From Octopus bimaculoides (lineage: Eukaryota), in NCBI RefSeq assembly GCF_001194135.2, contig NC_068995.1, positions 34,931,325-34,973,496 of the forward strand: a stretch of 42,172 bases of DNA, written 5' to 3'. Below, piece after piece: positions 1 to 12,429 of the stretch; the first letter of the stretch is position 1, and each line of letters starts with the position of its first letter. The position numbers were made by a program, and so were the translations under genes. The notes beneath the pieces were generated by a model. It saw nothing but the letters and a program-made list of their open reading frames with translations, was not told the origin of the DNA and ran no database searches.

Positions 1-224
1 TATATAAAAACATGAACGTCTGTGTTTCTGTTTGTTTCTCGATTTATCTGAAGAAAGTTAACTGTTGTGTAAAATATTCTGTGGAAGACAGTGGAAGGTG
101 TCCCGTGTCTCTAGTTACCACCTTAAGGAAGCTACGGGCTCTTTTCCAAAATGTTGCATAAAGCGCAGTCCCCACTCAAAAACAAAAACAAAACGCCCGG
201 TCTAAGGGAAATAACATACATACA

Positions 225-350
225 AACACACAAACACATGAGTATGCAGAATACATACGTACACACACGCATCCATACATATATGCATACACATACATAC
301 ATACATACATACCTGTATACACATGCACACTGACACGCACACAAGCGCAC
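225..350. repeat. Mixed (CATA)n/(CA)n microsatellite
   Basis: Imperfect CATA/CA tandem units; they account for the overlapping low-complexity ORFs at 132-417. Confidence 0.9.
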
Positions 351-639
351 AAACGGAGATACAAAAGAAACGCAGCTCCGATGACGGACATAGCCAAGAA
401 CTATTGACTATGCGCACTTTAATAGCTTTATTGCATTGTTTTTATTCGTTTTAGATTTATATCTTCGAGCCACGAGCCTATCCATCTAAGAAAAGTTATT
501 TGTATATTTGTTTGTTGTAATACAATAAATAAGTTAATAGCATTTTCTTAATATATTCAATGCAATCTAATAACTTTCAATATTCATAGCATAATTTTGG
601 CAGATTTTTCAAACCAGTCAGTGACAGGTGTTTCTGCTA

Positions 640-640
<1 letters not shown>

Positions 641-690
<50 letters not shown>
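641..690. repeat. (TA)n microsatellite
   Basis: Perfect TA run. Confidence 0.95.
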
Positions 691-697
<7 letters not shown>

Positions 698-1249
698 ACA
701 AATAAGTATATAAATTAGAGAAAAGAACCAAAGTTCATAAATTCATCCATAAAAATCCACAGTCACATATAAAAAAAATTTATAAGTAAATACACTAAAA
801 AGAACTATAATAAAATGCAAAGTATAAATCATTAAACTAATAAAACGACTACACGTGTTTCACAACCAAATTTTCAAATAGAAAATAAAACCAAATCGAT
901 TAAAATAAATCGATCGAAAATCAATCCCATTCAAAAATATAGCTAATCTTTGGGTCAAAATACAACAGTAATAATAATAAAACGAATGTATATATATCAA
1001 CCAACAATAAATAACAAATGAATTTATATAAAAATATTTATTATATGAAGAAGTAAAATTACTTATTTTACTAATAAATAAAAGTAAAATATTTAACGAT
1101 ATTATACTTATCGAAGCTTTAGTTTAATCTAAAATTGATATAATTTGAATTATCGACATCATTATTATTAGAAATATTATAATTATTATTATAGTAGACT
1201 TTCCATTTAATTCTTGTAATAAAATCCATAATATTATTAATAAGTTTCC

Positions 1250-1302
1250 TATATAATATATATGTATATATGTACATATACATATGTATCTACATATATA
1301 TA

Positions 1303-1375
<73 letters not shown>

Positions 1376-1390
1376 GTATGTGTGTGTGTC
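1250..1390. repeat. Compound (TA)n-(TG)n microsatellite
   Basis: TA run directly followed by a TG run. Confidence 0.92.
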
Positions 1391-1613
1391 TATAAAGAAT
1401 GAGGAGAAAATGGAGCGGTAATTAATAAAATTATTTATTAATTATAAAATATGACAACATCTCTGATAGGTGTTTCGTTTCAGGAATCTTTAGATAATTA
1501 ATTTATAAAATTAAAATCATTATAAGAAGAATCTCTTCAGAGGTATTAAAGATATACCGTTAGAGATAACGGCTATAAAACAGTCAACTGATAGTATATA
1601 TACAAAAAGGCCT

Positions 1614-1926
1614 CAATCTAACACAGGGGGAGAAGGTAGTATATATTATGTCTTCAAGAAATAAAAGAAGATATTAGTATAATATCATAGGGTATTGAGG
1701 TGGAGAAAAAGAAAAGGAAAATAAGGAATCAGAAAAACGCATGTATTCATAAATTATGATAGTAATGTCACAATCCAACATAAGGGGAGCAGCTAGTGTA
1801 TATGTTGTGTCTTAAATAAAGAAAAGAGGGGATTAATATAATATTAAAGGGTATTGAGAAGGAGAAGATGAAAAAGGAAAAAAGAGGAAGCAGAAAAATG
1901 CATGTATATATAAATATAATATGTCA
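1614..1926. repeat. Diverged two-copy tandem repeat, unit about 157 bp
   Basis: caatctaacacagggggagaaggtagtatatattatgtctt at 1614 vs caatccaacataaggggagcagctagtgtatatgttgtgtctt at 1771; both continue through agggtattgag...cagaaaaa(c/t)gcatgtat...atgtca. Confidence 0.85.
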
Positions 1927-2065
1927 TATAATATCATACTTATCTATAATACTGCAATACAAAACTTAAAGTTATAAAATTTAAGTCAAGTAGAAGCAAA
2001 CAGTGGCAAAATATGTCTTAACCGAAGTAATCAGAAAGGGATAAATAATTTCTAAATATAATAAT

Positions 2066-2075
2066 AATAATGATG

Positions 2076-2168
<93 letters not shown>

Positions 2169-2318
2169 CACTACTGGGTACTGCACACATTCTACGCAAA
2201 ACACTTTCAATACAGTAAACATAAGAGCACCACAGCAAACCACAGCACATACCCAAGGCGCACAGAGCTGCGCTCGGTAGTGAAGTGAAAGCACGTTATA
2301 AAAATAAAACTACTGAAC

Positions 2319-2361
<43 letters not shown>

Positions 2362-2372
2362 GTAATAATAAT

Positions 2373-2415
<43 letters not shown>

Positions 2416-2445
2416 GTAATAATAATAATAATAATAATAATAGTA

Positions 2446-2519
<74 letters not shown>

Positions 2520-2520
2520 T
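2066..2520. repeat. Two (AAT)n microsatellite tracts (about 2066-2167 and 2321-2520)
   Basis: Long near-perfect AAT runs; source of the poly-I/L/Y ORFs. Confidence 0.95.
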
Positions 2521-3263
2521 TATTGCTTATATTTATAATCATAATTTCATAATGTCATAATGTCAAAATGTCAAAATACAAAATATATCTCTTCATCCCT
2601 TCAGAAAATTTATTTAATAACGTAAAAAAACAATAATAATAAACTATAAAATAGAAAAGAATCTAAAAATTTTAAAATTTCTTACATACTGCTTTCCGTT
2701 AAATAAACCAGAGGTAAATATGCTATGAATCATGCTTAAGGGATAAAGGTAATATTAAGAATATAAACATTATGTAAGAGGAAATATTTATATGTAAATA
2801 AATTAATTGAAAATAAAATAAAATAAAATAAAATAAATTACAATGAATTACGTAGAATGCATTCATGCATTGCTGATATGTAGGGAATATATATATATAT
2901 GAAGACAGCTAAGCCGGAACAAACTTAAACGGGGCATATTTAAAATGCAATCAGAAGCAATAGTAATTTATTTATTTAAGCAGTGAATCAGGAATCAGGT
3001 CAATATGCTATTAACTTGGCAAATTTTAGTACAAAATGATATGAAATACTAAGACTAATTTTACTACTAATATTACGAAATAATAAACACTAATGCAGAA
3101 ATAAGCTTGATTATACATCGGAAATAAAGTACGTCAATCTGATATATATATATATATTACTTATATAGATATTTTACTGTGTGAAACTTCATTTAATTTT
3201 AATTTTTAATAAATTGATTTTAATTGAGTTTTTACCTGTAATTTGGGATTTTATCCCTAATAT

Positions 3264-3294
<31 letters not shown>

Positions 3295-3442
3295 GCATAT
3301 ATGTATATATATATATATATTTATATACATATATATATATCATCTCGAGTAATATAATCCCTGTGTTAAACAGTTAAGGGGAGGTAATATGAGATTTACC
3401 AAAAGCTCTTAATTTTCATAAAATAATTATAATATATTAAGT

Positions 3443-3670
3443 GACATAACATTCATGTAATTAGGTAGATCAACTTACAAGCAAAATGTAATTTTATACA
3501 AAGATTATAAAGTATGAAAGAATAAGTTAAATTAAATCAAATAAACTAATCGGAGTATATTATCAGACATAACATGCATTCAGTTAGGTATGTCAACTTC
3601 CATGCAAAATGTGATTTTATTCAAAAGTTATAAATATGAAGGAATAAGTAAAGTAAATTAAATCAAATAA
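3443..3670. repeat. Diverged two-copy tandem repeat, period about 123 bp
   Basis: gacataacattcatgtaattaggtagatcaacttacaagcaaaatgtaattttat at 3443 vs gacataacatgcattcagttaggtatgtcaacttccatgcaaaatgtgattttat at 3566; both end aaattaaatcaaataa. Confidence 0.85.
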
Positions 3671-3879
3671 GACAAAATATAATAAATACAATAAAATAAA
3701 AGAGGTAATTTAAAACCTAACAAAGAATTAATATACCATTCAAAGGATGTACTAATAATATATTAATACATTAGAGGGATAAATACATGGTATAGTATAA
3801 TATAATATAATGTAGCAAAATACGGAAAACTTTTGTGGAATAAAAGTCATATTATCAATACAGATTAGGAAAAGAGATA

Positions 3880-4003
<124 letters not shown>

Positions 4004-4276
4004 AGGAATTAAACTTTGCTAAAATCAGGATAAACTCAAAGAGTATTTTGCTTAATATATGTGGAATTCAGAACATATATCTGATAAATTAATAAAATAT
4101 CCTGAATTAAGAACTTATTAAACGTAAATAATTATGTTAATTAATATTAAAAAGAAATAGAGAATGGAGACCATAAACCATGTAACATACACATATATAG
4201 ACACAGTCACACACNNNNNNNNNNNNNNNNNNNNNNNNNNNNNNACACACACGCACACACACACACACACAGACAG

Positions 4277-4311
<35 letters not shown>

Positions 4312-4611
4312 AAAGCATAAACACGAGGTAGAATTTAGATTAATTGGGTTGATCATAGAATTTAGTTTAAATATAATATAGTTTATGGGAAAGGGATAAA
4401 TAAGTTAATATATAAGATATACATATGAATATTAATCTAAGGGCAAATATATATCCATAGATAAAGCCGTAGTTAAAATATGCTGATTTTAAAGAGGAGC
4501 TTAATGTAGTAAAGGGGCAGCAAGTTAAATATGTAGTCAAATGGGTTAGACATGGATGAAAATGCAAGTGCTAAAATATGTAAATAATTGAATAATATTA
4601 TATCAGTATTT

Positions 4612-5388
4612 TTAGAATACAAATTTAATCCTATGAATACAAGACACTTAGTGTTCATCGCGAAGGTTAAGGATAGGATATCTCGCCGAGAGAATAAAGA
4701 ATTTTTCATTTAGGCATAAATGACATTTACTCATATTCATTTGATAAGAGGGTGCAGAGGTTAGTATTTCCCATTTTAAATCATAATGTATTATCCCATC
4801 TTTTAGCACCCAAATAAATTTACTTAGACCACTGGAGCCACATCTACGTCTATTTCTGATGAAGGTATAGATGTGAGAGGTTAAACGTTTCTTAATTTTA
4901 TTCTCTGTCGAACCTATATAACAACTCTCCATTCCCTGTGCCGTTACTGTACATTGATATACTACACTTTTACGCTTACATGCATTTCTAAGTAAGCAGT
5001 TACTTTTAATTCTACAATTACAGTTATTAGGTATAACATTGGCTTCAGGGACATTAGATGAATGGTCCATATTGTGAGTATTTGTATTCCTCTTTAAAAA
5101 TGTGTTATTTGCACTAGGGTTATCTATACGAAGGTTAATAGTATTATAAATATATACATTCCTGTTAGAATCCCTTCAATTTATATAGAAAAAAATTCAA
5201 TTTGTTATTATTTATAGCAGAGATAATAATGGCGAGATTCTGGGTTAAACAATACCCTAGTTTGATGCTTTTAATATTAATGATACCATGATATTTATTG
5301 TTATTGTCAAAATGCTTATCAATAATTGAAAGGATAGATTTTACTAGATTACTCTTAATTTGTAACTCAAAAGGTAGTATTAACCATA

Positions 5389-5395
<7 letters not shown>
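4612..5395 (-). mobile_element. Penelope-like retroelement 3' fragment: thumb/linker plus GIY-YIG endonuclease (Naiad-like architecture), degenerate
   Basis: ORF 4648-5070 reads CNCR..NC.L...C..KSVVYQC...CYIGSTENKIKKRLTSH...LSKFIW.LK...WEIL..A.SY....KCHLCLNEK..IL...LN.RDE. Past a premature TAA it continues VSCIHRIKFVF* to 4612. Upstream, IWLILPF...SILSIIDKHF...YHGIINIKSIKLGYCLTQNLAIIISAINNNKL matches the IIWFNPP..DKHF..KIFN.NT.K.SYSC..N...II..HN.K.L block of PLE ORFs. Confidence 0.85.
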
Positions 5396-5440
<45 letters not shown>

Positions 5441-5522
5441 TACATATACATATATGTGTGTGTGTGTAATCATATATGTATGTATATGTATGTATGTATA
5501 TATATATATATATATATATATA
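5391..5522. repeat. (TTA)n plus (TA)n/(TG)n microsatellite next to a gap
   Basis: Tandem units visible; ends at the N-gap at 5523. Confidence 0.9.
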
Positions 5523-5610
5523 NNNNNNNNNNNNNNNNNNNNNNNNNNNNNNNNNNNNNNNNNNNNNNNNNNNNNNNNNNNNNNNNNNNNTATATGTATA
5601 TATAGATATA

Positions 5611-6018
5611 GGCATGGCTCTGTAGCAAGTAGCTTGCTTGCCAAACACAGGGTTCCGGGTTCAGTCCCATTGCAAGGCACCTTAGACAAGTGTCTTCTTT
5701 TATAGCCCCGCGCCGACAATAGCTTTGAGCGGATTCGGTAGACGGAAATTGAAAAAAAATCTGTTGTATACAAATGTTTATATATATAAAATCTATGTGT
5801 GTGTGTCTGTGTTTACGTTTTTCCTCCCTCCACTGCTTTAGAACCAGTGTTGGTGTGTTTACGGCTCCCTAACTTTGTGGTTCGGAAAAAGAAGGTGATA
5901 GAATAAGTACCAGTCTTTAAAAGAAGTCTTGGGATCGAGTTGTTCGGCTGGAAGCACTGCAAGGTGGTGCTCCAGCATGGCTGCAGTGACATAACTGAAA
6001 CAAGTAAAAGCTAAAAGA
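5611..6018 (+). mobile_element. tRNA-derived composite SINE of octopod type
   Basis: 5' head ggcatggctctgtagcaag...ggttccgggttcagtccc (A/B-box-like, GGTTC), body gcaccttagacaagtgtcttct...cggtagacggaaattgaaa, internal (TG)n, 3' part gatagaataagtacc...ggtggtgctccagcatggctgcagt...actgaaacaagtaaaag. Pieces recur at 6372, 7323 and 24120. Family assignment is from recall of Octopus repeats. Confidence 0.8.
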
Positions 6019-6371
6019 TGTAAGATATACACATATCATCATTACTCTTACTCTCTCCGAAAGTACACTATTTCTGTCATAATATACTTTCAATTCTTCA
6101 GATTTCTCTGACTCTGAAGCATTGATTTGCTTTTCCAATTAAAATGTGGTGCACTGCAGCATTCTTTCCTAAATCGAAAAACTCCAATGTGAAGCCTGCA
6201 TTCCGCCGTGTCCAAGTTATAGACCACTCTCATTCACCGCTCATTCTCTCTCACCGCTCTAATTCTCTCTCTACAGGTACCTACACACCGACTTCCTTCA
6301 CCGCCTGTGTATTTGTCTGTACGTGTGTGTGTGTGTTTGTCTGTACGTGCGTGTGTGTTTCTTCGGATATA

Positions 6372-6568
6372 TGTTTGTCCCCTAACAACGCTTGACAACC
6401 GGTGCTGGTTTCGTTACTTCCGCGTAACGTAGCGGTTCGGCAAAAAGAGCCCGATAGAACTGGTAACAGGCGTAAAACATAAGTGTCGGGGTCCGTTCAT
6501 TCGACTAAAAGTTCTTCAAGACAGTGCCTCAGCATGGCAGCAGTCTAATGACTGAAAAGGGTAGAAAA
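6372..6568 (+). mobile_element. SINE 3' half, same family as 5611-6018
   Basis: ttgacaaccggtgctggtttcgttac...gcggttcggcaaaaagagcccgatagaac...cagtgcctcagcatggcagcagtctaatgactgaaa aligns to 5840-6005. Confidence 0.8.
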
Positions 6569-7134
6569 CAACGAGTAAGTTTCTAAGCCAATCAAAATTT
6601 AGGTAAGAGAGAAAAAGAAATGACAGAGAGGGAAAGGCATAGATAAGCAGTAACCTAGCTTCTAATATGATGGTACTTATTTGTGTCAGAGCATACACTT
6701 CCGCCATTTGAAAGCGCCATTGACGCTATTAGTGCAATTTGGTATTCTAGCTGACACCCAAGGATTCGGTCAATTTGTAAATGTATAGTGTATACGCAGA
6801 TATATAATATATTCCCATACCAAGATTTAACATACATACATACATACATACATGCATATATATATACATACATAATACATACATACATATATACATACAT
6901 GCATACATACATACACACACACACATATATACATACACACACACACATATATAAATATATATGCATATGCTAAAACTCTGAAGAGATTGTACCGTCTTAT
7001 TGTAGGGTTGCAATTGCAACAGTTACTAATCGGTGCACTTGAAACATGTGTTGGTCTTAAAAGGCAGTATATGTTTATAGTATGAAAGGTAATGCTATTG
7101 CTACTTCGGAGTAATCCTTATTTCGAATATTGCC

Positions 7135-7178
<44 letters not shown>

Positions 7179-7322
7179 TGCAATGTGCGCACGGGAATTT
7201 ATAGATATATGTGTAGGTGCGTAGGTGAGTATGTATCTGTTTGCGTGTAGGTGTGTACGGATGTGTGTATACATGAACATATGTGTATGTATATATGTAT
7301 GTATTTATTTATTTATTTATGT

Positions 7323-7372
7323 GTTTCAGCCAAGTGGCTGCGGTCATGCTGGTGCACCACCGTGAATGTATA
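7323..7372 (-). mobile_element. SINE 3'-tail fragment
   Basis: Reverse complement ggtggtgcaccagcatgaccgcagccacttggctgaaac matches ggtggtgctccagcatggctgcagtgacataactgaaac at about 5963-6001. Confidence 0.7.
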
Positions 7373-8059
7373 TATATTTTTATAATACACACACACACAC
7401 ATACATTCACATATGTATGTGCGTGTTTATATGCATGTAACTTCACCGAGTTTGAGACTGTTACCACTCCATCGTCCATCACATATTATGTTTTATACAG
7501 TTGAATGATACATTATATATGCTGTGTCAAATCGTCACACTTAATGTCGTTACTGTACACGCGTGATATTTAGAAGACAAACTTATTAATTCACAGTATC
7601 TTCGGTGTGAAGAGCTTTGGTAAATCATGTCTTCTTTGTATAAATTGTACTACATTTGCGCTAAATGATACGGTGCCGGTGTTCTGTTAATAAATTCCTA
7701 TTGGAAATTTGCTACTGTGTATTTGAGTATTTGTGTATTTGTGTGGGTATTAGTGACACACGTAAGCATGTAAGTATAGGTGAGTGTGTAAAGAATATTC
7801 AAGCAATTATTGAATCCTTCAAACTCTTTTCTTTTTTTTCTGTCTATAGGTGTATATGCACAAATACGCATTTACATAAGCATTAATACCAGGTAACAAG
7901 TTTACGAAAGCTTTCACCTCCCTCTCTCACAAGCGTACACGGAACCACACATATGCACACACTCATACACATATTTATATATGAGTGTATATAGCATATG
8001 TATGTATATATTATGTATGTATGCATATGTATATATGTGTAAACCTATCTAAATAATCT

Positions 8060-8120
8060 ATCTGTCTATCTATTTATATATCTCTCTGTCTGGCTCTTCC
8101 CCTCTCTCCCCTCTCTCTCT

Positions 8121-8187
<67 letters not shown>

Positions 8188-8190
8188 TCT
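8060..8190. repeat. (CT)n-like plus (TA)n microsatellite
   Basis: Tandem units visible. Confidence 0.85.
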
Positions 8191-8447
8191 TTGTGTATTA
8201 ACGGTCAGAGTAACCTTCAGAGGGAATAGAAATGCAAATTGTATTTACATTGGCAATGAGTAAATACATGTACATAACAGACGTGAATACGTAGGTAATA
8301 CTGGCATACACACGAATACATAAATAGGTATATGAATATACATGTGTATATATATATATACATATGTATTTATATATATATATATGTGTGTGTATATATA
8401 TATATATGATATATATATGTACATATATATATGTACATATATATATG

Positions 8448-8479
<32 letters not shown>

Positions 8480-10501
8480 CATATATGTTTGTACACATAC
8501 ACATGCATATATGTATTTATATGAAACATTGCATTGAAAATGTTAATAGTCTGCGCATTGTTAAATTCTGAACCTACTCGCCATTGCATTCGCTGGCCAT
8601 AATAGCTAGCATTCTACTAAATTGAAGCTAAGCAACTAGCATCGAGCTGTAGCGTGTTGGTACATATATCCGTGTAAATTTTTCGTGCTTTGTTTGGGAA
8701 ATTTTTCTTCTGAAAAGAAAAATAAATGTTCAAAACGCAATAAAATACCAACGTTTTCACAAACCCATTTCTAGTAACAAATCTTAGTCACCACAAAAGA
8801 TTTTGAACGTGTCACGATATAATTATTGAATCTGTTTATATATAAACGAAATGTCAACTAATGTGCCAAATTTATGTTTGTCTGTTTTCATCACTTTCTT
8901 TAACAATAGTTGAAGACACAAAAGGAGTGAAGAAATGTGTCCGTAGGCACCGATAATGGGAAGTGACAGTGCAATGCCATATAGAGTAGGATCGAACTAA
9001 AAATATGAGTGGGTGAGATAGAGCGTTTAAGTCATAAGTTGATTGAATAAAAGGAACTGGCTAGTGCGCTACAATAGAGAGGAGGAACTAGAGAGTTAAC
9101 GTGATAAAATAAAAGGGGTATACGAAATTAGTAAATGATAGAGAAATCTATAATTATTGTAAGATATTAAAGTGGAAGGTGCTGTGAAGTATAAAGAAAT
9201 GATGCGGTTGATTTTGCTTGAGGGATAAAGGCTGGTAGGTATTACATGCCTGTGTGGGTGTGGGTGTATATATGTACGTGTGCATTTGTGTGTGTGCACT
9301 TAGGTATATGTATATACACACAATATATGTATATATAGTACGTATGTATGCATATATATGTATACACATATATACACAACACACACATACATACATATAT
9401 ATCGAGAAAAAGAGTGAGAGGAACACGGAGAGAAAGTGTCAAACTGCTATTTAGATGGACGGAGAGATAGCGACTGAGTGACTATCATAGGGTGTGAGTG
9501 AATGAGATTAGAGAAGTAAGGAAATGAAAAGTCGAGGTCAGAAATATACCGTAGCTACTTGCAAGTGAAACAGAGAGATAATTCCTAATTCCGTCAGAAG
9601 GATTATTGCAAAATATTCTTTAATGGGACTCTACAACAAAAACCTCACACCACAGGATACAGAAGCAAGTTTTAAAATGGTATATAAAAAAAATAAACCT
9701 GAAATATGACATAGAGAATGCTGAAAAAAAAATCAAGCAACACTTGAAGCAGACATATGTAAAATTACTGAAAATAGACAAATGAATTTCAACGATTTTG
9801 ACAGGTTCTACGCCAGTTTATTAACAAAGAGTTAATTGAAATTGTTACATCATTGTATATTTATATTGTGGTAAGTAATACATCCTCCACGCCACAGTAG
9901 ATCTGTTTAAAACCTGATTATATTTGACTGGTCATTTCAGTAGAAAGTGGTTTTAATTGTCAGACACTTACGACTAAGTAATTTCCGTTCTCTGAAAATT
10001 CTTGCGGCAAAACTACATTTACATTAAAGATAGTGACAAAGGTACTGACTTCCTTTATACAATAAACGATCTTCTGGTCGGTTTTGTCTGTTCTTAATTT
10101 TACACAAAGAAACTACGAGGAATCGTAGACATGTCTTTTCGATGCAAACAGTAAGAAAAATAAATCTTGCAAATATGAATGGTTTGCGAGGAAAGTTAAT
10201 ATAGTTGCTGTTTTAATGATGCAACATTGTCTTTGATTTATGATTAGCAAATTCTCTTTATTCAATGAAGAGGAGATCGCAGAATATTTAAGATATATAC
10301 ATTATCAATACAACACACTGATACACATGTGTAAAATACGTCTTCATTTATCAATTAAAAATTTGGTATATTTCGTAATTTAATTGATATTATAAACATG
10401 TGCATTATTAATTGACTCACGGTTAGTCTTATATATATGATGTGCACATAAATATACATAAACATATAAATACGTATACATACACATAAATAATATGTCC
10501 T

Positions 10502-10502
<1 letters not shown>

Positions 10503-10561
<59 letters not shown>

Positions 10562-10932
10562 AAATTATATATATATATGTTTGTGTGGCTGGTGTTGTGT
10601 GTGCGCGCGCGCGTATATATATATANNNNNNNNNNNNNNNNNNNNNNNNNNNNNNNNNNNNNNNNNNNNNNNNNNNNNNNNNNNNNNNNNNNNNNNNNNN
10701 NNNNNNNNNNNNNNNNNNNNNNNNNNNNNNNNNNNNNNNNNNNNNNNNNNNNNNNNNNNNNNNNNNNNNNNNNNNNNNNNNNNNNNNNNNNNNNNNNNNN
10801 NNNNNNNNNNNNNNNNNNNNNNNNNNNNNNNNNNNNNNNNNNNNNNNNNNNNNNNNNNNNNNNNNNNNNNNNNNNNNNNNNNNNNNNNNNNNNNNNNNNN
10901 NNNNNNNNNNNNNNNNNNNNNNNNNNNNNNNN

Positions 10933-11000
<68 letters not shown>
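10503..11000. repeat. (CA)n/(TA)n microsatellites flanking an N-gap
   Basis: CA and TA runs on both sides of the gap at about 10626-10932. Confidence 0.9.
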
Positions 11001-11001
<1 letters not shown>

Positions 11002-12279
11002 CAGGGTTTGGACAAAATAATGGAAACACCTAGCATCATAGTATCATAATTTTGAAATATCTATAAAAACCTAAATCAAAAGCTTGTTTATTTTTATGTT
11101 TTTTTAAAATTTCTTATTTGTGTTGTTTAATATGTTTTGCTAAAAGTGCTGTTTCTCTTCAGATATCATGAGCAAAATGTAATTAAAATTCATTAAAATG
11201 ACAGATTTATCGGACATTCAAAGAGCTCAAATTGCTGGTGCTCATATGGCAGGCGCTAGCGTAACGAAAACTGCCAAAATGTTTGGTGTATCAAGAAGTA
11301 CTGTCTCGAAAGTAATGCCAACCTTTGAAAAAGGGGAAAAACACCTCCTCGTTGAACCAAAACTCCAGAAGAACACCAAAACTTTCAGATAGGGTCCGTA
11401 GGACTCTTACGCGAATTGTTAGAAAGGATCACAAAAGTATAGCTCCCAAAATTACTGCAGAGCTTAATGACCACCTTGAGAACCCAGTTTCCGCAAAAAC
11501 TGTTTGCCGAGAGCTGAACAAAGCCAGATTTCACGGGAGGGCTGCAATCATAAAGCCTCTACGTTGAAAAACAAACGTTGCAAAGCATTTAGATTGGAGT
11601 AAAAACCTACAGAATTGGTCCCTAGAGCAGTGAAGGAATGTTATTTTCTCGGAAGAATCACCCTTTACCATATTTCCGACCACCGGCCGAGTATATGATA
11701 CGTGAAGAGACAACCAAAAGAAGTATTTGACCCAGACTGCCTTCTTCCAACTGTTAGACATGGAGGAGTATCTGTGATGATCTAGGGGGCTATATCTTGG
11801 AAATCCGCCGGCTCCCCTTCATGGCAAAATTAATAGTCAAGACTATTTAAGCATTTTATCTGTTCAAATTTATCCTATGGTTGCAGAACTGTTTCCGGAG
11901 GGAAATGCAATCTTTCAGGATGATAATGCATCAATTCACACAGCTAAAGCTGTTACTGAATGGCACGAGGGACATTCTAGTGAGGTTGAACATCTTATCT
12001 GGCCACCACACTCCCCAGATCTCGATATTACTGAACATCTATGATGCATTTTAGAAAAGAAAGTAAGGAGTCGATATCCTCCACCATCATAACTACAAGA
12101 ACTGGAGACTGTTTTAGCTGAAGAATGGACAAAAATTCATTTGGTAACAATTCAAATTTTGGACGAGTCCACACCTCATAGACTTCAAGCTCTAATTACT
12201 ACCAAAGGCGGTCCTACCCCATATGAAAATAAATTTGTTTGAAATTTTAAGGTGCTTTCATTATTTTATCCAACTCCTG
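11002..12279 (+). mobile_element. Tc1-superfamily DNA transposon with DD36E spacing (Incomer-like), full length but defective
   Basis: TA-flanked 30-bp TIRs (CAGGGTTTGGACAAAATAATGGAAACACCT / CAGGAGTTGGATAAAATAATGAAAGCACCT, 25/30 identical). The transposase starts at ATG 11198 (MTDLSDIQRAQI..A..AGASVTKTAKMFGVSRSTVS, HTH) and has frameshifts and stops. Catalytic motifs: VIFSEES, IFQDDNASIH, WPPHSPDLDITE; 36 codons between the D of DN and the final E. Confidence 0.93.
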
Positions 12280-12284
12280 TATAT

Positions 12285-12288
<4 letters not shown>

Positions 12289-12325
<37 letters not shown>

Positions 12326-12327
12326 CA

Positions 12328-12409
<82 letters not shown>
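12289..12409. repeat. (CA)n microsatellite
   Basis: Long CA run. Confidence 0.95.
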
Positions 12410-12416
<7 letters not shown>

Positions 12417-12429
12417 GTATAGTAGAATA

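Noticed and set aside
2899-2920. ATGAAGAC-AGC-TAA-GCC-GGAAC hammerhead-like core
   Set aside because: Truncated by a TA repeat, with two core mismatches and no stem III or cleavage triplet; too weak alone.
9590-10140. Moderately open frames (+ Lys-rich; - with scattered Cys) suggesting ORF1 or zinc-finger remnants
   Set aside because: Interrupted by stops and lacking complete motif spacing.
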